Shown in pieces: positions 31,166-39,729 of a stretch of 64,000 nucleotides of DNA. The stretch comes from an uncultured Eubacteriales bacterium (GTDB lineage Bacteria; Bacillota; Clostridia; Christensenellales; Aristaeellaceae). The stretch spans positions 124,963-188,962 of the forward strand of contig CACWHI010000001.1 of the NCBI GenBank assembly GCA_902760595.1. The letters run 5' to 3'. The position numbers and the translations under genes are program-made. A model generated the notes under the pieces. That model was not told where the DNA came from and did no database searches. It worked only from the letters and a program-made list of their open reading frames with translations. Every line of letters starts with the position of its first letter. Position 1 is the first letter of the stretch.

Positions 31166-32836
31166 ATGAGCAAGTTTATGATCGAATGCCCCAAATGTCA
31201 TAAGTATAACGAAGCTGCCAACGGACTGTTCGCGCGGCGGAGCATCCCGTGCCCCTGCGGCAATATCATCAACGTCAGGAACGATAAGATCGTCACCCGC
31301 GTGTGCCCGAACTGCGGCAACACGGTCGTTTACGACCAGTCGGAGGGGACGAAGGCCCGATGCCCGGTCTGCGGCAAGCAGCTGGTTGCGGACGGCGACA
31401 TGAAAAAGCTGATCCATTTCCCGTGCAGAACGTGCGGATGCCTGCTGCAGGCGGATAAAACCGCGGACAGGATCACCTGCGCGCTGTGCGGGGCCGAAAA
31501 CGATATAAAGGCCGAGGTCAGGAAGGCCCAGCTCCGGGAAAAGGGAGAGCCTGCGACCATCGAATACCGCGGCGACCGCAAGACGCTCGTCTGGCGTCAC
31601 CCGATGACAGAGTTCGTCTTTGGGTCTCAGCTGATCGTGCGCGAGGGGCAGGAAGCGATCTTCCTCCGCAACGGGGAAGCGCTCGATTCCTTTGGCCCCG
31701 GCAGGCATACGCTCGAGCTTCCCGCGATGCCCAGGCTGCAGGAGAAGCTGGGCGGCACCGGAGACATACCATTCCGCGCGGAAGTATATTTCGTCAATAT
31801 GCTGACGGTCTTCAACCAGAAATGGGGGACGCCCAACAAAGTCTCCTTCCGGGACCCGGACACGAATATCCCGTTTGATATCGGCGCGTCGGGCGGCTTC
31901 AGCATGCGGATCACGAACCCGCGCAAGGTGCTCGGGCGGATCGTCGGCACGCAGGACGATCTGAAGTCGGAAGATCTGTTTGATATGAACAACGGCTACT
32001 TCCGCCAGACGATCCTCGGCCGGATCAAGGGAAGGATGGCGCAGTGCATCCAGAGTGAAATGATCTCTGTGTTCGAGCTGGATTCCCATCTTGACGTGAT
32101 CTCCCGTTCCATCCAGGACGCGGTGAATGAGGACCTGACTGATTACGGGATCGAGCTCCCGGACTTTACCGTCGTCAATATCGTCGTCCCGGAGGACGAC
32201 CCGAATTATCGGGAACTGAAGTCCATACACGCCAAGAAAGTGCTGGATATGGAGAAGGCCAGGCTGGAGGTCAACGTGCACCGCGTCAGGAATGAGAGTA
32301 TCGTGGCTGACGCGGAAACCGAAGCCGAAGCCCTGCGCATAAAGAAAAAAGCGGAGGCCGACGCCTATGGCTATCAGGCTACCGCGGAAGCCAGGGAAAT
32401 GCGTGAGAAGGGATATACCTACCAGCAGGAGACCCAGCGGAAAACCGCCATGGCCGCGATGGAAAACGGCGGAGGCGCAGCGGCGGCAGGCGGCATCGCG
32501 GCGGATATGCTGCAGCTGGGCGTGGGGCTCAGCGCTGCAAAACAGGTTTCTGAGCTGACCAAGGCCGCTTTACAGCCTGAGGCCGACTCAGCTGAAGGCT
32601 GGGACTGCGCCTGCGGCCAGAAGGGGAACCGCCTCGCCTTCTGCCCGAATTGCGGCGCGAAAAAGCCGGTGTCCGCGGTCACATGGGACTGCGCCTGCGG
32701 CCAGAGAGGAAATACCCTGATGTACTGCCCGAACTGCGGTGCCAGACGTCCCGGCGCGGATACCTGGGACTGCAGCTGCGGCCAGACCGGAAATAAACTG
32801 CCCTTCTGCCCGTCCTGCGGCAGAAAGCGTCCCTGA
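31166..32836 (+). CDS. SPFH/band-7 domain protein flanked by multiple zinc ribbons (3 N-terminal, 3 C-terminal)
   Basis: N-terminus CPKC..CPC, CPNC..CPVC, CRTC..CALC. A central SPFH-like region (LVWRHPMTEFVFGSQLIVREGQEAIFLRNGE...FRAEVYFVNM...) is followed by a coiled coil. The C-terminus has a triple WDCxCGQxGNxLxFCPxCGxxRP repeat. No TM helix is evident. The start was moved to the ATG at 31166, which follows the RBS. Confidence 0.7.
   Translation: MSKFMIECPKCHKYNEAANGLFARRSIPCPCGNIINVRNDKIVTRVCPNCGNTVVYDQSEGTKARCPVCGKQLVADGDMKKLIHFPCRTCGCLLQADKTADRITCALCGAENDIKAEVRKAQLREKGEPATIEYRGDRKTLVWRHPMTEFVFGSQLIVREGQEAIFLRNGEALDSFGPGRHTLELPAMPRLQEKLGGTGDIPFRAEVYFVNMLTVFNQKWGTPNKVSFRDPDTNIPFDIGASGGFSMRITNPRKVLGRIVGTQDDLKSEDLFDMNNGYFRQTILGRIKGRMAQCIQSEMISVFELDSHLDVISRSIQDAVNEDLTDYGIELPDFTVVNIVVPEDDPNYRELKSIHAKKVLDMEKARLEVNVHRVRNESIVADAETEAEALRIKKKAEADAYGYQATAEAREMREKGYTYQQETQRKTAMAAMENGGGAAAAGGIAADMLQLGVGLSAAKQVSELTKAALQPEADSAEGWDCACGQKGNRLAFCPNCGAKKPVSAVTWDCACGQRGNTLMYCPNCGARRPGADTWDCSCGQTGNKLPFCPSCGRKRP
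32600..32833 (+). repeat. three tandem in-frame 69-84-nt repeats encoding zinc-ribbon modules
   Basis: TGGGACTGCGCCTGCGGCCAGA...TGCCC.AA.TGCGG... occurs three times. It encodes WDCACGQKGNRLAFCPNCGAKKP, WDCACGQRGNTLMYCPNCGARRP and WDCSCGQTGNKLPFCPSCGRKRP. Confidence 0.8.
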
Positions 32837-32863
32837 CGGCGGACCTACGGGAGGAAACGAGCA

Positions 32864-33364
32864 ATGAGAACAAACGGTAAGAAGCTGCTTGCCTTTCTAT
32901 TGGGCTTTCTGGCGATCAACGCGCTGATCCTGCTGCTCCCCTTCAGGAAGACAGCGCTGTTCATTGTGGTCTGGGCTGTACTGGCTGTGGCTTGCCTTTC
33001 TGCCGGTATCGTGATGTTGTTTAAAGGAGCCGCGAAAGGGAAAAAGGCCGGGACCAGCGACAGACAGATCGCGGCCCGGACGGCGGATATGAAGAGCCTG
33101 AGGGACAAAGCCCAGGCGCTCTGCGCATCCATTCAGGATCCTGGCAACGCGAAGGCGCTGAAAGAGCTTGCGGACGAGCTGCGCTATTCGGACCCGGTGT
33201 CCGGCGCCGCGACGGCTTCCTATGAGAAGCGGATCGATACGCTGCTTGAAAGCATCGCCCATCATGACGACGCAGCGGAGCGGAGCGAGCTGATCCGCCG
33301 CGCGACGGCCCTGGTCAGAGAGCGCGCGTCCGCTGCGAAAACGAATAAATCACTGAATTCCTGA
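32864..33364 (+). CDS. small membrane protein (2 predicted TM helices plus a cytoplasmic helical tail)
   Basis: LLAFLLGFLAINALILLL and LFIVVWAVLAVACLSAGIVMLF hydrophobic segments. The RBS GGGAGGA is present, and the gene sits 27 nt after the SPFH gene. Confidence 0.5.
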   Translation: MRTNGKKLLAFLLGFLAINALILLLPFRKTALFIVVWAVLAVACLSAGIVMLFKGAAKGKKAGTSDRQIAARTADMKSLRDKAQALCASIQDPGNAKALKELADELRYSDPVSGAATASYEKRIDTLLESIAHHDDAAERSELIRRATALVRERASAAKTNKSLNS

Positions 33365-33381
33365 TCGGAGGAACGGGAAGA

Positions 33382-36300
33382 ATGGCTTTTATCAAGTGCA
33401 AGATCTGCGGCGGCGACGTCGAGGTGGTCCAGGGGAAAAACTGGGGAACATGCGACTACTGCGGCTCCCGCGTGACCTTCCCCAAGGATTCGACGGAGCA
33501 GCGCATCAACCTTCTCAACCGCGCGGACGCCTTCCGGCGCCAGAACGAGTTTGACAAGGCGATCAGCGCGTACGAGCGGATCCTGGAGGACGACCAGACG
33601 GACGCCGAGGCGCACTGGGGCGCGGCGATTTCCCGCTTTGGCATTGAGTACGTCGAGAATCCGGTCACCTTCGAGCGGAAGCCGACGCTGCACCGCCTGC
33701 AGACGACCTCCATCCTCGCCGACGAGGACTATAAGGCGGCGATCGAGAACGCCCCGGACGATGAGACGCGGAAGCTGTATGAGGCCCAGGCCCAGGAGAT
33801 CGCGGATATCCAGAAGAAGGTCCTGGAACAGAGCGAGCGGGAGGATCAGTTCGATATCTTTATTTCATATAAGGAATCGGACGCCAACGGCGAACGCACC
33901 CGGGACAGCGTGATCGCCTTCCAGATCTATACCGAGCTGGTCAAGGAGGGCTACAACGTATTCTTCGCCAAGGAGACGCTCAAGGGGCGGCTGGGCGACG
34001 AATACGAGCCGATCATCTTTTCCGCCCTGCGCTCCTCCCAGGTCATGATCCTGATCGGCACGAAGAAAGAGTACTTTGAGGCGGAATGGGTGCGCAACGA
34101 ATGGACGCGCTACCTGGACCTCATGCGCCAGGAAAAGGATAAGCCCCTGGATGACCAGATCCCGCGGCAGCTGATCCCCTGCTACCGGGATATGGACGCA
34201 TATGAGCTGCCCGTGGAGCTCAACATGCTCCAGAGCATGAATATGAATTCCATCTCCTTCCTCCAGGACCTGCTGTCCGGGATCAGGAAGATCATGGAAG
34301 GCGGCAACCAGGAGACCTATAAGTATAAAACGGACGAGATCTCCCGCCTGCTGCAGCGCGCCATGAACCAGGCGGAGCTGGGTGAGTTCGGCCGCGCCGA
34401 TTCCCTGGCGGAAAAGGTCCTGGAGTCCGACCCGAACAACGCGACGGCGCAGATGGTCAAGCTGCTGGTGCAGCTGAAGGTCAATACGCCGGACGAGCTG
34501 GTCAAGCAGAAGCAGCCCCTGACGCACAACCGCCTGTACATCATGGCCTGCCGGAACGCCAAGGGCGCGCAGAAGAAGCGTTACGAAGGCTATAACAAGA
34601 AGATCATCGCCAATATCGAGGCGGCGGAGAACCAGAAGAAGCTGGACACGATCCTGAAAAAGATCGAGGGGATCAAAGCGCGCAGCAAGAAGCTCGCCGC
34701 CGACGATGACGAAGGCTTCCGCAAGCTGAGCGAGGAGGTCCGCGAGCAGGTCACGGCGTTGGAGCAACTGGGGATTTTCGGCGGAGCGGATGAGAAGGCC
34801 AAAGAGTTCGCGAAGCTTGCGGATGATATCGATCACGACCTGAAGGTGCGGATCGAGGACCGCCAGCGCCGTATTGAGGAAGAAAAGCAGCGCCAGCAGG
34901 CGATCCGCGAAGAGGAAGCCCGGAAAAAGGCGGAAAAGGAAAAGGCGGAGCGCGAGGCGAAGGAAGCCGCCGAAAAGGCGGAAAGGGAACGCCTGGCCAA
35001 GCTTCGCCGCCGGAAGGCGAGAAAGCGTCTGGCGGCCTTCCTGGCCGTTCTGGCGATCGCGGCGGCCATCACCGCCTATAAGCTGTATTTTGAAAACAAA
35101 CTGGCCTATGCCGCGGCTGTGGATACCATAGAGCAGTCCACGGAGAGCCGTCAGCTGGATTATGCGGAGACGATCCTCGACCGGCTGGGCAGCGACTATG
35201 AGGATGTGAGCGCGCGCAAACAGCAGGTATCCGCTGATCGGCGCTTCCTCAGCAATTACCATCGCCAGGCATATGCTGATTATATGGCGCTGGACGAAAA
35301 GTACCGCACGCCCGGGAAGCTTGACTGGTATGAGAAAGAATACCAGAGCGGTCTCAGCATGATCTCCGGTCAGCAGTTCGAAAACGCGATCGCGCTGCTG
35401 AAGAACATCGATTACTACAAGGACGCGCCGGACCAGGTCCGAAGGGCGTATCTGCTGATGGGCGACGCGGCCATGGCGCGTGATCAGTACACGGACGCGG
35501 CGTCTGCCTATCGTTCCGCCGGGGATTATCAGGATGCCGCCAGGAAGATCAGCCAGACGGAGGCCGCGATCCTGTTTGCGCAGGGAAGGTACGCGGACGC
35601 CTATGCCGCGTACAAGGCGCTGGCCGGTGAATACTTCACGCCCAAGCATAAGGCGTGGTACGACCAGCAGTACGATAACGCGAAAAAGTACCTGGACAGC
35701 GGAGAGTACCAGAAGGCGATCGAAGCCTTCGACGCGATCAGGTATTACAGCGAAACGGGCCGCAATGCCGCAGAGCAGCTGCAGAACGCGCATTACAGCT
35801 ACGCCGCGCAGTCGAAGGATCCGGCAGTTGCGCGCGAACAGTACGCGCTGGCGGGAAATTACCGCGACAGCGAAAGCCTGATCAGGCAGCTGGACGCGGA
35901 CGATCTGTTCGAGGCCGGCAGGTACGAGCAGGCCTACCAGCTCTATCAGACGCTTGACGAAAAATACCAGACGCATAAAGCGGATTATACCGCCTGGTTT
36001 GACGCGGCCAACAAGGCGATGACAGAGAACGGCGATCTTGAGCTGGCGATCAGGAGCTTCCGGAACATCACATATATGGACAGCGCCGAGTACCCGGTGA
36101 AGCAGAGGCTGCAGACCGCTTACCTGACCTACGCGCAGTCGCTCCTGCAGCCGACGGGGAAGATTGATGAAACCGCCGTCACTAGAGCGAAGACCTATTT
36201 CGACCTGGCAGGCGTTTCCGGCGATGACCAGGTGAGCCGCTATTATTACGAGACCGGCGTCAAAGCGCTGGAGAATGACGATGTGCGGACGGCTGAAAAG

Positions 36301-36963
36301 GCGTTTGCCGGCGCGGAGGGATATCCTGACACGGATCAGCTGATCAAAGCGCACTATTATGAATCGGCGAAAACGGCCATGGCGGGGGATAACGCCGAGG
36401 AAGCGGCGGAGCTGCTGCGGCGTGCCGGCGGTTATCAGGACGCCGACGCGCTTCTGAAACAGCTGGAGGCTTATGTGAACGCGAAGGAGCTGCTGAAGCA
36501 GCAAAAGATGATCGAAGCCATGCGCGCTTTCACGGAAGCCGGCGACTGTATGGACGCGCCGACACTGGCGCAGCGCTGCGGGGAGCTGGTATATAACGGG
36601 GCCATGAAGCAGCCGCTCGCAGAGCGCCTGGAGATCCTCCGGCAGCTGGGCGATTTCAAGGACGCGCAGGCGCAGGTAAAAGCCGCGGAGGACGCCTACG
36701 AGCAGGCGGAGCAGGCGTACAGCGCCGGTCAGTACGCAGAGGCTGCACGCCTGTTTGAATCGCTCGACAACTACAGGGAAGCAAAATCAAAGCTGGATCT
36801 GAGCCTATACTGCTATGCCGGCGAGCTGCTGATCAAAGAGGATTACGCAGCTGCGTTGGACATATATGAATCCCTTGGCGATTATCTGAACAGCCGCAGC
36901 AATGCAGCCACCTGCCAGGCAAAGCTCGCGGAGTCTCAGCAAGGAAGTGAAAACGGCGACTGA
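33382..36963 (+). CDS. zinc-ribbon / TIR-domain protein with a single TM helix and a C-terminal TPR-like repeat domain of about 630 aa
   Basis: N-terminus CKIC..CDYC. The TIR region is DIFISYKESD...SSQVMILIGTKKEYFEAEWVRNEW, with the S.WC..E[LW] segment retaining Glu. A KE-rich coiled coil ends in LRRRKARKR, followed by the TM helix LAAFLAVLAIAAAITAYKLYF (about nt 35010-35080). The remainder is Y/A/D/Q-rich 35-80-aa repeats. The RBS GGAGGAA is present. Confidence 0.7.
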   Translation: MAFIKCKICGGDVEVVQGKNWGTCDYCGSRVTFPKDSTEQRINLLNRADAFRRQNEFDKAISAYERILEDDQTDAEAHWGAAISRFGIEYVENPVTFERKPTLHRLQTTSILADEDYKAAIENAPDDETRKLYEAQAQEIADIQKKVLEQSEREDQFDIFISYKESDANGERTRDSVIAFQIYTELVKEGYNVFFAKETLKGRLGDEYEPIIFSALRSSQVMILIGTKKEYFEAEWVRNEWTRYLDLMRQEKDKPLDDQIPRQLIPCYRDMDAYELPVELNMLQSMNMNSISFLQDLLSGIRKIMEGGNQETYKYKTDEISRLLQRAMNQAELGEFGRADSLAEKVLESDPNNATAQMVKLLVQLKVNTPDELVKQKQPLTHNRLYIMACRNAKGAQKKRYEGYNKKIIANIEAAENQKKLDTILKKIEGIKARSKKLAADDDEGFRKLSEEVREQVTALEQLGIFGGADEKAKEFAKLADDIDHDLKVRIEDRQRRIEEEKQRQQAIREEEARKKAEKEKAEREAKEAAEKAERERLAKLRRRKARKRLAAFLAVLAIAAAITAYKLYFENKLAYAAAVDTIEQSTESRQLDYAETILDRLGSDYEDVSARKQQVSADRRFLSNYHRQAYADYMALDEKYRTPGKLDWYEKEYQSGLSMISGQQFENAIALLKNIDYYKDAPDQVRRAYLLMGDAAMARDQYTDAASAYRSAGDYQDAARKISQTEAAILFAQGRYADAYAAYKALAGEYFTPKHKAWYDQQYDNAKKYLDSGEYQKAIEAFDAIRYYSETGRNAAEQLQNAHYSYAAQSKDPAVAREQYALAGNYRDSESLIRQLDADDLFEAGRYEQAYQLYQTLDEKYQTHKADYTAWFDAANKAMTENGDLELAIRSFRNITYMDSAEYPVKQRLQTAYLTYAQSLLQPTGKIDETAVTRAKTYFDLAGVSGDDQVSRYYYETGVKALENDDVRTAEKAFAGAEGYPDTDQLIKAHYYESAKTAMAGDNAEEAAELLRRAGGYQDADALLKQLEAYVNAKELLKQQKMIEAMRAFTEAGDCMDAPTLAQRCGELVYNGAMKQPLAERLEILRQLGDFKDAQAQVKAAEDAYEQAEQAYSAGQYAEAARLFESLDNYREAKSKLDLSLYCYAGELLIKEDYAAALDIYESLGDYLNSRSNAATCQAKLAESQQGSENGD

Positions 36964-37026
36964 GGAGAACACGGACCCTGGCAGGGGTAATCCAAACAGT
37001 ATGTGTAAAAGGAGACTGAGCAGACA

Positions 37027-38469
37027 GTGAAGTACGACGTATGTATCATCGGCTGCGGCGTGATCGGCGCCGCGGCGGCGTTTGAGCTTTCGAAATACGA
37101 TTGCAGCGTCCTGATCCTGGAGAAGGAGAACGACGTGGCCATGGGCTCTTCCAGGGCAAACAGCGCCATCATTCACGCGGGATATGATCCGAAGCCTGGG
37201 ACGCTGATGGCGCGGCTGAACGTGGAAGGCAACGCCATGGCGGAGCAGCTTTGCAAGGACCTGAGCGTGCCCTTCGCGCGGATCGGCTCGCTGGTCCTGG
37301 CTTTCTCCGAGGAAGAGGAAGCGACCATCAGGATGCTCTACGATCGCGGCGTCGCGAACGGCGTGCCGGGGCTGCGCATCATTGACGCGGCTGAGATTCG
37401 GGAAATGGAGCCGCAGGTCAGCAAGGAGGCGCGGGCCGCGCTGTACGCGCCGAGCGCCGGGATCATCACGCCCTGGGAATATACGCTCGCGTTCGCGGAA
37501 ACGGCGGTAAGAAACGGCGCGAAGCTGGTGCTGAACGCGCCGGTGACCGGCATCAGGGCGCTCAGCGACGGCGGTTACAAGCTGGCTACGCCCAAGGTCG
37601 ATTTTGAAGCCGCTTACGTCATCAACGCCGCCGGCGTGCACAGCGGCGAGATCCATGAAATGGTGGCGGCCAAGACATTCACTGTCATGCCGAACCGCGG
37701 GGAGTATTACGTGATGGACAAGGCGGAATGCTTCCGCGCCAATCACGTGCTGTTCCAGTGCCCGAACCAGGACGGCAAGGGCGTCCTCGTCACGCCGACC
37801 ATGGACCACAACCTGCTGGTCGGCCCGAACGCCGTCGGCGTAGAGGACGGGGACCGCGTGAACAATACCGCCGAAGGCATGGCCTTTGTGCGCGAAAAAG
37901 CGAGCAAGTCCGTACCGGGCATCAACTATCGCAACGCGATCCGCAATTTCGCGGGCATCCGCGCGAATACGGACAAGGATGAGTTCCAGATCAGCATCGC
38001 GGCGGATCGTTTCATTGACCTCGCCGGCATCAAGTCGCCGGGCCTGTCGTCGGCTCCGGCCATCGCGCTGGAGGCGGTCAGGCTGCTGAATCAGTGCGGC
38101 TTTGCTCCCGACAAAAAGGCGCATCCGATCACGACCCGTGAAAAGAAGCGCTTCCGGTATATGAACGATGAGGAACGCCGGGAGGCGATCCGCGAGAATC
38201 CGCTCTATGGCCGCGTGATCTGCCGCTGCGAAACGGTCACCGAGGGCGAGATCGTGGACGCGATCCACAGCCCGATCCCTCCCTGCAGCGTGGACGGCGT
38301 CAAGCGCCGTGCGGGAAGCGGCATGGGCCGCTGCCAGGGCGGCTTCTGCGGCCCGCGCATCGTGGATATCCTGGCGCGCGAGCTGAAGCTGGACCCGATG
38401 GAGATCACGCAGGACGGCGTCGGAAGTCAGCTGCTGCTGGCTGAAACGAAGCGGGAGGTGACTGAATAA
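37027..38469 (+). CDS. glpA: FAD-dependent glycerol-3-phosphate dehydrogenase-like oxidoreductase (GlpA-type, BFD-like C-terminus)
   Basis: YDVCIIGCGVIGAAAAFEL dinucleotide-binding motif and the C-terminal RCETVTEGEI...GRCQGGFCGP BFD-like 2Fe-2S motif. It is the first gene of the conserved clostridial three-gene set. GTG start. Confidence 0.75.
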   Translation: MKYDVCIIGCGVIGAAAAFELSKYDCSVLILEKENDVAMGSSRANSAIIHAGYDPKPGTLMARLNVEGNAMAEQLCKDLSVPFARIGSLVLAFSEEEEATIRMLYDRGVANGVPGLRIIDAAEIREMEPQVSKEARAALYAPSAGIITPWEYTLAFAETAVRNGAKLVLNAPVTGIRALSDGGYKLATPKVDFEAAYVINAAGVHSGEIHEMVAAKTFTVMPNRGEYYVMDKAECFRANHVLFQCPNQDGKGVLVTPTMDHNLLVGPNAVGVEDGDRVNNTAEGMAFVREKASKSVPGINYRNAIRNFAGIRANTDKDEFQISIAADRFIDLAGIKSPGLSSAPAIALEAVRLLNQCGFAPDKKAHPITTREKKRFRYMNDEERREAIRENPLYGRVICRCETVTEGEIVDAIHSPIPPCSVDGVKRRAGSGMGRCQGGFCGPRIVDILARELKLDPMEITQDGVGSQLLLAETKREVTE

Positions 38470-39725
38470 TGACGTATGATCTGATCGTTGTCGGCGGCGG
38501 CCCCGCCGGTCTCGCCGCGGCTTGCAGCGCGTGGGAGAAGGGACTCAAACACATCCTGATCGTTGAGCGCGATAAGGAGCTGGGCGGTATCCTGAACCAG
38601 TGCATCCATAACGGCTTTGGTCTGCACCGCTTCAAGGAAGAGCTGACCGGCCCGGAATACGCCGGACGCTTCATTAAAATGCTGGGGGACACGGGCGTAG
38701 AGGTCATGCTGGATACCATGGTGCTGGAGATCAACGCCAGGCATGAGGTGCATGTCATTTCCGCCGCGAAGGGATATGAGGTGCTGGAAGCCAAGTCCAT
38801 CGTGCTCGCGATGGGCTGCCGTGAGCGCACGCGCGGCGCGATCGGCATTCCCGGCGACCGTCCCGCCGGTGTCTTCACGGCGGGCAGCGCGCAGCGCTAC
38901 CTGAATATGGAAGGCTACATGGTCGGCAAGCGGGTCGTGATCCTCGGCTCCGGCGATATCGGCCTGATCATGGCGCGCCGCATGACGCTGGAAGGGGCGA
39001 AGGTACTGGCGTGCGTCGAACTGATGCCGTATTCCGGCGGCCTGATGCGCAATATCGTGCAGTGCCTGCAGGACTGGGATATCCCGCTGTACCTCTCGCA
39101 CACGATCACCGATATCGTGGCGACCAACGGCCGGGTCAGCCATGTGACGGTGCACAAGCTGGATGAGAACCGTCAGCCGATCCCCGGGACGAATCTCGAA
39201 TTCGACTGTGACACCGTGCTTCTCTCCGTCGGCCTGATTCCGGAAAACGAGCTGACCCGGGCGGCGGGCATCGAGATGGATCCCCGCACGAACGGCGCGT
39301 ACGTGTTTGAGAACATGGAAACCAGCGTCCCGGGCATCTTTGCCTGCGGCAATGTGGTGCATGTGCATGACCTGGTGGACTATGTGTCCGCTGAAAGCGA
39401 GCGCGCCGGGGCGGCCGCGGCAGCCTATGTGCTGGGCGGAGCGCCGGCCGGTGATGCGCTGACGGTCAAAAACGGAGCGGATGTCGGCTATACCGTGCCC
39501 CAGAGGATCCGTGTCAGTAACGTACCGAAGGCTGCGGACGTGTTCTTCCGCGTCCGCCGGGTATTCAAGAACAGCGTGATCGAGGTAAAGGCCGGAGATC
39601 AGCTGCTGATCAGCTATAAGCGCGAACACATGGCGCCCGGTGAGATGGAGCATATCCTTCTGCCGCGAAAGCTGCTCGACGGCGTGAGCGCGTCGGAAAT
39701 CACCGTATCCGCCAAGGAGGCATGA
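38469..39725 (+). CDS. NAD(P)/FAD-dependent pyridine nucleotide-disulfide-type oxidoreductase
   Basis: YDLIVVGGGPAGLAAA and a second Rossmann motif VVILGSGDIGL. The start overlaps the previous stop as TAATG. Confidence 0.75.
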   Translation: MTYDLIVVGGGPAGLAAACSAWEKGLKHILIVERDKELGGILNQCIHNGFGLHRFKEELTGPEYAGRFIKMLGDTGVEVMLDTMVLEINARHEVHVISAAKGYEVLEAKSIVLAMGCRERTRGAIGIPGDRPAGVFTAGSAQRYLNMEGYMVGKRVVILGSGDIGLIMARRMTLEGAKVLACVELMPYSGGLMRNIVQCLQDWDIPLYLSHTITDIVATNGRVSHVTVHKLDENRQPIPGTNLEFDCDTVLLSVGLIPENELTRAAGIEMDPRTNGAYVFENMETSVPGIFACGNVVHVHDLVDYVSAESERAGAAAAAYVLGGAPAGDALTVKNGADVGYTVPQRIRVSNVPKAADVFFRVRRVFKNSVIEVKAGDQLLISYKREHMAPGEMEHILLPRKLLDGVSASEITVSAKEA

Positions 39726-39729
39726 AGTC

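Noticed and set aside
31067-32281. 404-aa minus-strand ORF
   Set aside because: It is antisense to the SPFH gene, whose zinc ribbons and SPFH motifs are unambiguous
32600-32833. Tandem direct repeats considered as a possible CRISPR or noncoding array
   Set aside because: The repeats are in frame and encode a conserved WDCxCGQ...CPxCG zinc-ribbon peptide. There are no unique spacers and no cas genes
33865-36504. 879-aa minus-strand ORF
   Set aside because: It is antisense to the TIR-repeat gene. It has no RBS, is Arg/Leu-rich and low-complexity, and the sense-strand gene has clear domains
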